Source: Clostridia bacterium (lineage in GTDB: Bacteria; Bacillota; Sulfobacillia; SLMV01). From it: a stretch of 63,590 bases of DNA. Below the pieces are notes generated by a model. It saw only the letters and a program-made list of their open reading frames with translations. It ran no database searches and had not been told where the DNA came from. The position numbers and the translations under genes are program-made. The stretch covers positions 1-63,590 of the forward strand of contig PUMM01000063.1 in assembly GCA_003551365.1 (NCBI GenBank), in the 5' to 3' direction. The first letter of the stretch is position 1. The number at the start of each line of letters is the position of its first letter. Shown here piece after piece: positions 48,040 through 57,183 of this stretch.

Positions 48040-49050
48040 GTGGTCGCCCCGGCCGGGACGGCAGACCCGGACGGCGGCATCACAGGGGAAGGCGGGCGAT
48101 ATGCAATTTTCGTCATAATTCTGGCCATAGCGGCGGTGGGGTGTCTGATGCAGGTTTCGGCGGCGGGAAATGCGCACGTGGGCCGCAAACTGGGCCTGCT
48201 CAGGGCCACCCTGATCTTCACGGCAGTGGGCGCACTGTTTGTGCCGCCCCTCGCCCACTTCATCGAGGGTGGCATTAACCTGTCCGGTCTGTCCGGAGTG
48301 CCGTTCTACCTGTTCTTTCCCGGGGCGCTCAACGCCTTCATGATTATGGTGTTCATCTACACGGTGGATCTCATCGGCGTGACCTTCATGGGAGCCGCCA
48401 CCTTCACCGGCCAGATGATCATGAGCCTGTTTCTGGATCACATTGGCTTTCTGGGGCTGCGGGAGATTCCGGTGACCCTTCCCCGGGTCCTGGCTGTCAT
48501 GACGCTTCTCGCCGGCATGGCCCGCCTGAGCCTCGCCGACGTGCTGCAGTCATCGCGCCGTTCTCGCGTGGGGATACCCGCCTCCGGGTCGGGGGATGGG
48601 GTGGCAGCTGCCCTGCCGGGGGTGCGGCTGGATGGCCTGCTGATCGCTTTGCTCATGGGGGCGGCCATGAACCTCACCTCGGGGCTGAACTCCGCCCTGG
48701 GGCAGCGGGTGGGTGTGATGACCGCCACCTGGCTGTTTCTCACCCCGGGAGCAATGATGCTGTTCATCTACTCCGCGGTGCGCAATAAGCTGCCGCGCGG
48801 ACAGTTCCGGTGGTCATATGTGCTGCCCGGTGCCCTCAACGTCATTTGTGTGGCCTCCATGGTCTATTTTGTGGCCGTAGTCGGGTTAAGGGTGTCTGTA
48901 GGCACCCAGGTGGGGGCCGGGGTGGTGGCGGCGATGTTCATCGACAAGTACGGGCTGTGGGGACTGTCCAGGCGGGAAATATCCCCCCACCGCATACAGG
49001 GAGTCATCATCATTATCATTGGTGTCATCCTGTCCGCCCTGACCAGATGA
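48040..49050 (+). CDS. DMT superfamily transporter (two YdcZ-like repeats)
   Basis: About 10 TM helices in two repeats with PGALN, GQMIMSLFLDHIGFLG and IDKYGLWG; start uncertain. Confidence 0.8.
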   Translation: MVAPAGTADPDGGITGEGGRYAIFVIILAIAAVGCLMQVSAAGNAHVGRKLGLLRATLIFTAVGALFVPPLAHFIEGGINLSGLSGVPFYLFFPGALNAFMIMVFIYTVDLIGVTFMGAATFTGQMIMSLFLDHIGFLGLREIPVTLPRVLAVMTLLAGMARLSLADVLQSSRRSRVGIPASGSGDGVAAALPGVRLDGLLIALLMGAAMNLTSGLNSALGQRVGVMTATWLFLTPGAMMLFIYSAVRNKLPRGQFRWSYVLPGALNVICVASMVYFVAVVGLRVSVGTQVGAGVVAAMFIDKYGLWGLSRREISPHRIQGVIIIIIGVILSALTR

Positions 49051-49064
49051 CCGGCTGCGCTCTT

Positions 49065-50456
49065 TCAACCCTCGCCCGGGTCGCTGCGGCGCGACATTCT
49101 CACTGACCAGTCCCGGCGCGCCCGCTCCCATACCTGTTCACCGGACTGCTGCGCGGCATCGGATATGGCCCGCTCATCTCCCCCTACATACCGAAAATCA
49201 TCCACCAGAATGCGACCATCCACCAGGGTCATCTCCACATCCGCGCCGTTGCCGAAGTGTACCAGGTTGGCCACGGCAGTTTCCGGCAGCCGCGGAATGT
49301 ATCGGGGGCGGTCGCAGTTGATCATGATCACATCGGCCCGCTTGCCGGGCTCCAGTGAGCCTATACAGTCCTCCATCCCCAGGGCCCTGGCCCCGTTGAT
49401 GCAGGCCATCTTCAGTATAGTCTGCGGATCCGGGCGCGTGGGGTCTCCTGCGCGCAGGCGCCAGACCAGCTGGGCTACCTTGGTGACCTCGACCAGGTCA
49501 TAGAACATATTATCGCTGCCCAGGGCGACGTTCACCCCGGCATCCATCAGGTCGGATACCGGAGCGATATCCGCCCTTTTGGCATTGATCTGCGGGTTGT
49601 GAGCGACAGAGCAGCAGTTGCGGCCGAGAATCTCGATGTCCTCGTCGGTCAGATGAATGGCGTGTGCGCCGATGAAGTCGGGACCCAGTAGACCGGCTCG
49701 TTCCAGGGTGCGCGCCGGGCCAGATCCCCAGGCCTCGATGCACTGCTCTGGTTCGAAGCGGTTCTGGGCCAGATGGATGGTGGTACCCACTCCCAGCCGG
49801 TCCGCCTCCGCCCGGGCGCGCTCCAGCAGCTGGGGGGAGCACACGTCGGTGGCGTGGGGCCCGATGAGGCCCCGGATGCGTCCCGCCGCCCTGCCGTGAA
49901 ACTTCTCTACGAGATCCACGGCTCTGCGCAGTTGACGCTCTCCGCGGGTCTGGCAGTATTCATAGATTCCCCGCTCCCGGATCTTCTCCGTGTCGGCGTC
50001 TCGGAAGCCGCAGTGCAGAAAGGCGCGAATCCCGGTCTCCTCCGCCGCCTCTCCCACGCGGAACATGTGGTTGCCGCTGTCGACCACTGCAGTCGTGCCG
50101 GATTTGAGCATCTCCACGTAAGCCAGACGGGATGCGGCGTAGGCATCGTCCGGGGTCATGGCATCCTGAATGCTTCCCATCACCCCCCAGATGGCATCCC
50201 AGTTGCTCACGTCTTCCGCCCTCCCGCGGCACGCCAGGTGGGTGGAGTGACAGTGCGTGTTCACCAGGCCGGGCAGCAGGACGCGGCGGTCGGCATTTAC
50301 GCGTCGGTCCGCCTCCTCTGCCCAGCGCTGGACCATCGGTTCCGTTTCGCCCACATCGACTATTCTCCCGTCCCGCACGTACAGCGCCCCGTCCCAGATG
50401 ATGTCGCGCTCCGGGGACATGGTGATTATGGTGCCGTCAGTGAAGAGTATGCTCAC
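49065..50456 (-). CDS. Amidohydrolase, MtaD/TrzA-AtzA/SsnA-like
   Basis: PGLVNTHCH, GPHA, IHLAQ, AHAIH, LGSD, GSLEPGKRAD. Confidence 0.85.
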   Translation of the reverse strand: MSILFTDGTIITMSPERDIIWDGALYVRDGRIVDVGETEPMVQRWAEEADRRVNADRRVLLPGLVNTHCHSTHLACRGRAEDVSNWDAIWGVMGSIQDAMTPDDAYAASRLAYVEMLKSGTTAVVDSGNHMFRVGEAAEETGIRAFLHCGFRDADTEKIRERGIYEYCQTRGERQLRRAVDLVEKFHGRAAGRIRGLIGPHATDVCSPQLLERARAEADRLGVGTTIHLAQNRFEPEQCIEAWGSGPARTLERAGLLGPDFIGAHAIHLTDEDIEILGRNCCSVAHNPQINAKRADIAPVSDLMDAGVNVALGSDNMFYDLVEVTKVAQLVWRLRAGDPTRPDPQTILKMACINGARALGMEDCIGSLEPGKRADVIMINCDRPRYIPRLPETAVANLVHFGNGADVEMTLVDGRILVDDFRYVGGDERAISDAAQQSGEQVWERARRDWSVRMSRRSDPGEG

Positions 50457-50650
50457 AGCTCGACCGCCTTTCGGTGTACCGGTATACCCGGGCCGGGACC
50501 ACATATGCGAATCCGGCGTCCCGCCCGGCCCGCCCGGTTGTGGGGCGGAGACGCGGTTGGATCCCGCTTTTCTGTTCCGTGAGTTCGCCGCGGGAGCCGC
50601 GTTCTCCTTCGCGGCGTCCCCGCCAGCGGCACGGGTGGGGCAGTCGGTTG

Positions 50651-50684
50651 TCATAATGTCGGCGGAGGGAAATAGGCATGTAAT
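50651..50684 (+). promoter_or_regulatory. Possible sigma-E promoter of spoIIIA
   Basis: TCATAAT -35-like element with an imperfect -10; expected from known spoIIIA regulation. Confidence 0.3.
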
Positions 50685-50712
50685 CAGAGTGAAATGGGGA
50701 GGAGGTGCCCGT

Positions 50713-51681
50713 ATGGGGCGGGGGTTGAAACGGGGGCAATCGGAGATCACGAACGACTGCCGGGACATCCTGGCTCGCCTGCCCGCGCGCATCCGACGGG
50801 CCCTCCGTCAGCTGCCGGAGATCCCGGACTGGGAGGAGATCCGCATGCGTGCCGGTCGGCCGCTGGGTATAGGGGTGGACGGACGCTTTCTGCCGGTCGG
50901 AGAGGACGGTGCGGTGGGCATCTCCCCGGCGGCTGCCCTGGTGGTGAAAAGTGATGACCTGCTGGGGGCGGTGAATCTCATGACCGACGGCTCGGCCTAT
51001 GCCTCGGAGGAAGACGTGAGCCGTGGTTTCCTCACTCTTCCGGGTGGGCACCGGGTGGGGATCACCGGAAGTGCGGTGCTGGAGGAGGGGCGCGTGCTGC
51101 GGTTGCTGCGTCCCGCCGCGCTCAACATCCGCAGGGGACGGGAGATACGCGGTGCGGCGGCTGCCCTGGTGCCGGCACTGCGCCATCGCAATCGGTGGTG
51201 CAGCACCCTCATAATCTCTCCGCCCGGCTGCGGTAAGACCACCCTGCTGCGGGACCTGGTGCGGGTCATGTCGGACGGGATCCCGGGCTCGGGGGTGCCG
51301 GGCGTCCGGGTGGGGCTGGTGGACGAGCGATCGGAGGTGGCCGCCCCGCACGACGGGGTTCCCACCTTCGATGTAGGTATGCAGACGGATGTCATGGACG
51401 GCTGCCCCAAAGGAGAGGGCATGCTGATGCTCATCCGCTCCATGGGACCACAAGTGATTGCCACGGACGAGCTGGGACGGCGGGGTGACGCGCAGGCGGT
51501 GCGGGAGGCAGTGCGCGCGGGGGTGGTGCTTCTGGCCACGGTGCATGGGGTAGGGGTGAGCGACGTGTCCGCGCGGCCGCATGTGGGGGAAGTGCTGTCC
51601 TCGGACGCTTTTGCCCGGGCAGTGATGCTCAGCAGGCGGCGCGGCCCGGGCACCGTGGAAGAGGTGAAGAGGCTGTGCTGA
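50713..51681 (+). CDS. spoIIIAA: Stage III sporulation protein AA (ATPase)
   Basis: EEIRMRAGRP, GGHRVG, SPPGCGKTTLLRD, VDERSE, RSMGPQVIATDE. Confidence 0.95.
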   Translation: MGRGLKRGQSEITNDCRDILARLPARIRRALRQLPEIPDWEEIRMRAGRPLGIGVDGRFLPVGEDGAVGISPAAALVVKSDDLLGAVNLMTDGSAYASEEDVSRGFLTLPGGHRVGITGSAVLEEGRVLRLLRPAALNIRRGREIRGAAAALVPALRHRNRWCSTLIISPPGCGKTTLLRDLVRVMSDGIPGSGVPGVRVGLVDERSEVAAPHDGVPTFDVGMQTDVMDGCPKGEGMLMLIRSMGPQVIATDELGRRGDAQAVREAVRAGVVLLATVHGVGVSDVSARPHVGEVLSSDAFARAVMLSRRRGPGTVEEVKRLC

Positions 51682-52187
51682 GATTTCTGGCGCTGGGAGT
51701 TATGGTGCTGTGCTGTATGACTCTCGGGCAGCTGTGGGCGATGCGGCTGGAGTCCCGCTACCGCGAGCTGGAGGGGATCCGGGCGGGGCTGCGGGCTCTG
51801 GTCACCGAGATAGAGTACGCCAGAAAGCCCCTGCCGCGGGCCTGGCGGGATCTGGCAGAGGCCTACGGGGGCCCGTGTGCTTCCCTTTTTTCCTCCGCGG
51901 CGGATGCCTTCGGCGGGGAGGAGGCGGAGACGGCGGGCGCGGCCTGGATGGCAGCTCTGCATCGTTCGGATCTGCATCTGACGCGACAAGACTGGAGGAT
52001 TCTCGCCTCTCTCGGCGGGGTCCTGGGCGTATCGGGCGGCGCGGATCAGGTGGACCATCTCCGCGCAGTGGACGAGCGTCTGGGGGAGCAGATGAAGGAG
52101 GCCCGGCGGCACAGCCGCCGGCGGGGCAAACTCTCCCGTTCCCTGGGACTGCTGGGCGGGGTGCTGCTGGCAGTTATTCTGGCCTAG
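51675..52187 (+). CDS. spoIIIAB: Stage III sporulation protein AB
   Basis: N- and C-terminal TM helices, EIEY..KPL, LG.S...Q; gene order. Confidence 0.88.
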   Translation: MLRFLALGVMVLCCMTLGQLWAMRLESRYRELEGIRAGLRALVTEIEYARKPLPRAWRDLAEAYGGPCASLFSSAADAFGGEEAETAGAAWMAALHRSDLHLTRQDWRILASLGGVLGVSGGADQVDHLRAVDERLGEQMKEARRHSRRRGKLSRSLGLLGGVLLAVILA

Positions 52188-52206
52188 GGGCGAAAGGAGT
52201 GGGGCG

Positions 52207-52410
52207 ATGGAGCCGATCGAGATCACGCTGGTGATCCAGATCGCCGCGGTTGGTTTGCTGGTCGCGGTACTGCAGACGGTACTGGAGCAGGCCGGCAAGG
52301 GAGAGTGGGCCATGGCCGTCACCGTCGCGGGGTTGATAGTGGTGATGTTTTCTCTGGTTGAGCTGATAACCAATCTGTTCGATGCGGTGCGGACCATGGT
52401 GCAGTTCTGA
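52207..52410 (+). CDS. spoIIIAC: Stage III sporulation protein AC
   Basis: IQIAAVG..VAVL..VL.QAGK...LF..V; 67 aa. Confidence 0.92.
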   Translation: MEPIEITLVIQIAAVGLLVAVLQTVLEQAGKGEWAMAVTVAGLIVVMFSLVELITNLFDAVRTMVQF

Positions 52411-52499
52411 CCGGCCGCCTCCGCGTCGTGCGGCGTCGCGAGGGAGAGGAGGAAGGCACATTCCTCCCGGAAGAGGAGGGTCGACTGTGCCTCGCATCC

Positions 52500-52901
52500 G
52501 TGAACATTGTGCAGGTGGTGGGATTTACGCTCACATGCAGTCTGCTTCTCGTTCTGGTTCGCAGGGGGTCCGAGAGCATGGGGCTTCTGCTGTCAGTGGG
52601 GGCGACCGGGGTGATTCTGACGGCCGTGGTGGCGGAGCTGCCGCCCATTCTGGCGGCCCTGGAGGGGCTGTCGGCGCGGGCCGGAGTGGAGGCCCTTTAC
52701 CTGCGGACGGTGCTGCGGGTTATTGCCGTTGCGTACATAGTGGATCTGGGGGCGCAGCTGTGCAGCGACGTGGGAGAGGGGACCCTGGCCAAGAACCTGC
52801 AGCTGGCCGGGAAGGTGATCATACTGGCCATGGCCGTGCCCATCATCGTGGGGGTGGCCGATGTGATAATCGGACTGCTCGACCGAGTGTCCGTCCCCTG
52901 A
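52500..52901 (+). CDS. spoIIIAD: Stage III sporulation protein AD
   Basis: NIVQVVG, YLRTVLRVIAVAYI, CSD.GE, LAGKVIIL.MAVP. Confidence 0.92.
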   Translation: MNIVQVVGFTLTCSLLLVLVRRGSESMGLLLSVGATGVILTAVVAELPPILAALEGLSARAGVEALYLRTVLRVIAVAYIVDLGAQLCSDVGEGTLAKNLQLAGKVIILAMAVPIIVGVADVIIGLLDRVSVP

Positions 52902-52903
52902 GG

Positions 52904-54067
52904 GTGCGGGTCCTGCTGGCCGCCGCAGTCCTGGCGGCAGCGCTGGTTATCTGCACCCCCGGGGGGCTCGCTGCAGCCGATGACGTGGTGGATGAGCAGC
53001 TGGATCAGATGGAAACCGCCCCGCTCGGGGAGTTCATGGAGGATCTGCGCAGGGAACTGGGCGAGGATCTGCCGCCGATGGACATTCCCTCTGTGGTGCA
53101 GCGCTTCCGGGCGGGTGAGGCGGTGCTGTCGGTGGAAAAGGTGCTGCGCATAGTGCTGGACCAGCTGGCTTCGCAGGTGCTGGTGCACATTCGTCTGCTG
53201 GGCCAGCTGCTGGTGCTGGCCTTGCTGTCCGGACTCCTCACCCAGGTGGAGCGGGCCTGGGAGAAGGAGACCGTCTCGGTTGCGGGTCGGGGAGTCATCT
53301 ACCTTGCGCTCAGCGCCGCAGCTCTTCTGACCTTCGGGGAGGCCTTCGCGCTGGCACAGAACACCGTGGTGCGGTTGGGAGATGCCATGCTGGCGCTTCT
53401 GCCCACCATGGTCGCCCTTCTCGCCGGTAGCGGCGCCTTCGCCACTGCTGCCATCCTGCATCCTCTGGTAATATTCGTCTGTCACGCCGTGGCGCAGCTG
53501 GTGCGGTTCTGGGTGTTTCCGCTCATCTTTGCCGGCGTGGTGCTCAGTGTGGCGGGCCAGATGACTCCCGAGCAGTCGTTCGCCCGCCTGGCCGGGCTGG
53601 TGCGCCGCGCGGCTCTGTGGATGTTGGAGGGGGCGATGGTGGTGTTTCTTGGGGTGATGACGGTGCAGGGGGCGGCCGGGGCAGTGGCAGATGGGGTGGC
53701 CCTGCGCTCGGTGAAGTTTGCAGCCAAGGCCATGATTCCAGTGTTGGGCGGGGTGTTCTCCGATGCGGGAGAGGTGGTCATGACCTCTTCCCTGCTGCTC
53801 AAGAACGCCGCCGGGCTGGCGGGGCTGGCAGTGGTGGCACTGATAGCTGCACTGCCCCTGCTGCAGCTGGTGGCCATGATTATCACTTACCGTCTGGCCG
53901 GAGCGCTGGCGGCACCGCTGGGGGGAGCCGATATAGCCGATTTTCTGGAGGTGTTGGCCGATGGTCTGGTTCTCATTACGGTGGCGGTGGGGGCGGTGGC
54001 CGTGACATTTTACCTGACGTTGACCATCATGCTGGTGGCGTCCAATGCCACGGTGATGATGCGATGA
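52904..54067 (+). CDS. spoIIIAE: Stage III sporulation protein AE
   Basis: Polytopic; LLP...LL..SG, HP, DGVALRSVKF, IPVLG...SD, LLKNA.G. Confidence 0.92.
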   Translation: MRVLLAAAVLAAALVICTPGGLAAADDVVDEQLDQMETAPLGEFMEDLRRELGEDLPPMDIPSVVQRFRAGEAVLSVEKVLRIVLDQLASQVLVHIRLLGQLLVLALLSGLLTQVERAWEKETVSVAGRGVIYLALSAAALLTFGEAFALAQNTVVRLGDAMLALLPTMVALLAGSGAFATAAILHPLVIFVCHAVAQLVRFWVFPLIFAGVVLSVAGQMTPEQSFARLAGLVRRAALWMLEGAMVVFLGVMTVQGAAGAVADGVALRSVKFAAKAMIPVLGGVFSDAGEVVMTSSLLLKNAAGLAGLAVVALIAALPLLQLVAMIITYRLAGALAAPLGGADIADFLEVLADGLVLITVAVGAVAVTFYLTLTIMLVASNATVMMR

Positions 54068-54696
54068 GCGGCTTCTTCGACTACATACGGCAGGTCATAC
54101 TGGTGGCACTCATGGTGCAGGTGGCGCAGATGTTGGTTCCGTCGGGGGAGATCCGGGGATATGTGCGGCTGGTCTGTGGTCTTCTGGTGCTCGCGGCGGT
54201 GGCATCGCCGCTGGTCCATCTGATCCCCCAGTTGGAGGGGGAGTGGGACGAGTGGGAAGGGGTGCCCGGTGTAAATGCGAGCGAGGATGAGCTGGAGGAG
54301 GCGGCGAGGACGGGGGTGCGGGAGCGGGAGGATTTGACTGCATCGGTTTATGCAGAGCGACTGTCCTCCCTCATTGCCGGTGAGATACAGATGCTGCCGG
54401 GGGTACGGGAGGCCGATCTGCAGGTCGATGTGGCAGTGGAGGTGGATGGAACCACGGGAGAGCTGCGCGAGATTCGTGTGTCGCTTGCCCCGGGAGCCGG
54501 TGAGGGGTCGGAGGAGGGAGGGGGGCGTGCCGTGACAGTGGATCCCATACGCGTGGGTGATGAGAGGCCCGGGGACGGGGAGGAAACCGGAGAGGTCCCA
54601 GGTGAGCTGCACGGGGAGGTGCAGGAATACCTCCGGGTCACGTACGGACTGCAGGAGAAACAGGTACATCTTCGTTGGATGGAGGGAGACGGATGA
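54064..54696 (+). CDS. spoIIIAF: Stage III sporulation protein AF
   Basis: MLVPSG..RGYVRLVCGLL..SP; C-terminal YGL....V. Confidence 0.88.
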   Translation: MSGFFDYIRQVILVALMVQVAQMLVPSGEIRGYVRLVCGLLVLAAVASPLVHLIPQLEGEWDEWEGVPGVNASEDELEEAARTGVREREDLTASVYAERLSSLIAGEIQMLPGVREADLQVDVAVEVDGTTGELREIRVSLAPGAGEGSEEGGGRAVTVDPIRVGDERPGDGEETGEVPGELHGEVQEYLRVTYGLQEKQVHLRWMEGDG

Positions 54697-55292
54697 AGGA
54701 GGAGCTCGCTGGACGCTACGGCCGGTATATTCCGTACGTGGTGTGCATTCTGGCGGCGGCAGTGTTCATCGCTCTGTTCAGCGCCCCAGGTGATGACCCC
54801 GACCGGCCGGTGGAGGTGGAGGAGGCCCCTCCGGAGAGAGAGCCGGGATGGGGCGACGATGACGGCGGGGACGGGTCGGATCCCGACGCCGCGGCGGATG
54901 CACTGTCCCGTCGGCTGGCCGGTATTCTCTCCGGTGTGCAGGGGGCGGGTACGGTCAGGGTGGAGGTCACCCTGGGGCCGGGTCCCCGCGTGCGCTATCA
55001 CGAGGAGACGCGGGCGACGGAGAGCGATACGCAGGAGGCTGACGCCGAAGGCGGTACGCGCGAGATCACCGAATGGACGGAGGATCGGAGCCTGTCGGTG
55101 GTGCGCAGTTCCGGGGGCGATGAACTGCCGGTGATCGTAGAAGTAGAACCGGGAGAGATACGCGGTGTACTGGTGGTGGCGGAGGGGGCTGGCGATCCGC
55201 GGGTCCGGGCAGAGCTGTCCGGAGCGGTGGCCACCCTGTTGGATGTGGGTGTGCACCGGGTCAAGGTTCTGACTGGAAAGGGGGGTGAGTGA
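54693..55292 (+). CDS. spoIIIAG: Stage III sporulation protein AG
   Basis: L..ILS.V.GAG.VRV.VTL, IRGVLVVAEGA, HRVKVL. Confidence 0.92.
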   Translation: MKEELAGRYGRYIPYVVCILAAAVFIALFSAPGDDPDRPVEVEEAPPEREPGWGDDDGGDGSDPDAAADALSRRLAGILSGVQGAGTVRVEVTLGPGPRVRYHEETRATESDTQEADAEGGTREITEWTEDRSLSVVRSSGGDELPVIVEVEPGEIRGVLVVAEGAGDPRVRAELSGAVATLLDVGVHRVKVLTGKGGE

Positions 55293-55849
55293 GAGTGCGA
55301 TCAATTCATCTGATTTCGCGCGGACGATTGCTCATCGCGATTGGACTGGTGGTCCTGTTGGGTTTCGTCACTCTGCTGGGAAATCTCCTGAGTTCGGAAC
55401 CTGACGAGCCATTGGAGGACGAGGACCCGCCGATGGAGGAGCATGAGGATGCAGAGGTGGAGGCCGCCCTGGCAGAGGAGGTCGAGCCGGAGCGGGAGGA
55501 GGAGACCGGCCTGGCTTCGCTCCGGCTGCAGCGGAATCAAAGTAGGAGTGAACAGATCGACATCCTGCGGGATCTGGCGTCCCGCCCGGACGCCGGGGAA
55601 GATTCGCGGGTGCAGGCGGAGAAGCGGTTGATACAGATCAGCGACCGCCTGGCTGCCGAGTCCGAGGCCGAACAGCTGATCATCTCCGCCGGGTTCGCTG
55701 ATGCGCTGGTGTATGTGATGCAGGATAATGCCCTGGCACTAGTGAAAGAAGATACACTGGAAGACCGGGAGGTTTCTCAGATAGCATCGATGGTAGCGCG
55801 GGTGACCGGTCTGTCCTGGGAAGACATAAGTGTCCGGACGCAACCCTGA
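55289..55849 (+). CDS. spoIIIAH: Stage III sporulation protein AH
   Basis: TM helix, RLQR...RSEQI..L, E.LI...GFADALV, QI...V.RVTG. Confidence 0.9.
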   Translation: MRVRSIHLISRGRLLIAIGLVVLLGFVTLLGNLLSSEPDEPLEDEDPPMEEHEDAEVEAALAEEVEPEREEETGLASLRLQRNQSRSEQIDILRDLASRPDAGEDSRVQAEKRLIQISDRLAAESEAEQLIISAGFADALVYVMQDNALALVKEDTLEDREVSQIASMVARVTGLSWEDISVRTQP

Positions 55850-55871
55850 AGCCTGAGACGGAGGTGCAGTC

Positions 55872-56156
55872 TTGTCTGAGGGCAGAGATGAAGAAACCTG
55901 GGTGGAAATCCATCGCGTTCCCAGCCTGTCGGAGGGAGAGATCGTCAAGGCCCTGCTCGAGTCTGCGGGGATAGAGGTTCGACTGCAGTACGACGCCACC
56001 AGCCGCGTTATACTCGGTCCCGGGTCGGTGAACCCGTGGTCCAAGGTCGCGGTGCGGGTGCGCAAATCGGAACGGGTGACGGCCCGGCAGCTGCTGGATG
56101 AGGCCCTGCTGGAGGATGGGGACGATGACGACGAATGGGAACTGGATGAGGAATGA
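55872..56156 (+). CDS. DUF2007 putative signal-transducing protein
   Basis: EGEIVKALLESAGIEV...V.V...A..LL pattern. Confidence 0.7.
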   Translation: MSEGRDEETWVEIHRVPSLSEGEIVKALLESAGIEVRLQYDATSRVILGPGSVNPWSKVAVRVRKSERVTARQLLDEALLEDGDDDDEWELDEE

Positions 56157-56478
56157 GGAAGAGGGTCGGTGGTACGTCTACCTCCTGGAGTGTGAGGGAG
56201 GAGGGGTGTATACCGGCATCACCACTGATCTGTGCCGCCGCATGCGGGAGCACGCCGCCGGAATCGGGGGGCGGTATACGCGATCATTTCCGCCCCGGAG
56301 GCTCCGCGCGGCCTGGCGCTGTCTGGATCGGGGTACGGCTGCGGCGGCGGAGCGCCGCATCAAGAATATGCGGCCGGCGGACAAACGGAGACTGGGTGCA
56401 GGTCTCCGCGCAGTTCCGGCCAGATGGCAGCTCAGTCCGGTACACCCGTCCGAGCTGCCGCCCGCCGACCCGCGGTAG
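56146..56478 (+). CDS. GIY-YIG nuclease (YazA/UPF0213-like)
   Basis: WYVYLLEC..G.VYTGITTD..RR..EH..G.G.RYTR, E..IK. Confidence 0.88.
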   Translation: MRNEEEGRWYVYLLECEGGGVYTGITTDLCRRMREHAAGIGGRYTRSFPPRRLRAAWRCLDRGTAAAAERRIKNMRPADKRRLGAGLRAVPARWQLSPVHPSELPPADPR

Positions 56479-57129
56479 ATGAAACAATCGGTATCCCGCG
56501 GAACGAGGGATTGGAAATATCTCATGTGGACCACCGGAGTGCTGCGCGTACTGACAGGATTGCTGCTGCGACTGTTCATCCGCACCGAGGTGCACCTGGC
56601 CGATTCCCTGCCACCCGAGCCCTTCATTCTCTGTGCCAATCACAACAGCATCATCGACCCACCGCTGTTGTTCTGCATGGTGCGCCGCCGCAAACTGCTC
56701 TGGGCCGCCACCTATCTCTTTCGCATTCCGGTTGTCGGGCGATTGCTGCGCTGGAGCGGAGCTCATCCGGTGCAGGGCGTCAGGCAATCGATGCGGACCA
56801 TGCGCCTTTCCCTGCGCATGCTGGAGACGGGCGGGCTGGTGATCATATTTCCCCAGGGCGGGGTGCGGGATGTGGATGAGAGGATGCAGGTGCGGCGCGG
56901 TGCCGCCCTGCTGGCGGGGAGGAGTGGGGCGCCGGTTGTGCCGGTGGTCCTGTCCGGTACCGAGCAGGTGCTACCGGTGGGGCAGTACCTGCCGCGCCGT
57001 GGGAGAGTGCAGGTATACTTCGGCACCCCCCTCTGGTGCGGGGAAACCGATGTGCACGAAATGACGGGACGGATTCGGGATGCCCTGGAGGAATTGGCGC
57101 AAAAGGCGCGCAGAGAGGATGTCAGGTGA
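56479..57129 (+). CDS. plsC: 1-acyl-sn-glycerol-3-phosphate acyltransferase family
   Basis: NHNSIID (HX4D), IFPQG, APVVPV. Confidence 0.82.
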   Translation: MKQSVSRGTRDWKYLMWTTGVLRVLTGLLLRLFIRTEVHLADSLPPEPFILCANHNSIIDPPLLFCMVRRRKLLWAATYLFRIPVVGRLLRWSGAHPVQGVRQSMRTMRLSLRMLETGGLVIIFPQGGVRDVDERMQVRRGAALLAGRSGAPVVPVVLSGTEQVLPVGQYLPRRGRVQVYFGTPLWCGETDVHEMTGRIRDALEELAQKARREDVR

Positions 57130-57183
57130 ACACCCGCGGCAGAGGATGCATCTGCCGCCAATGTTTGCCAGGAAAGGAGCACT

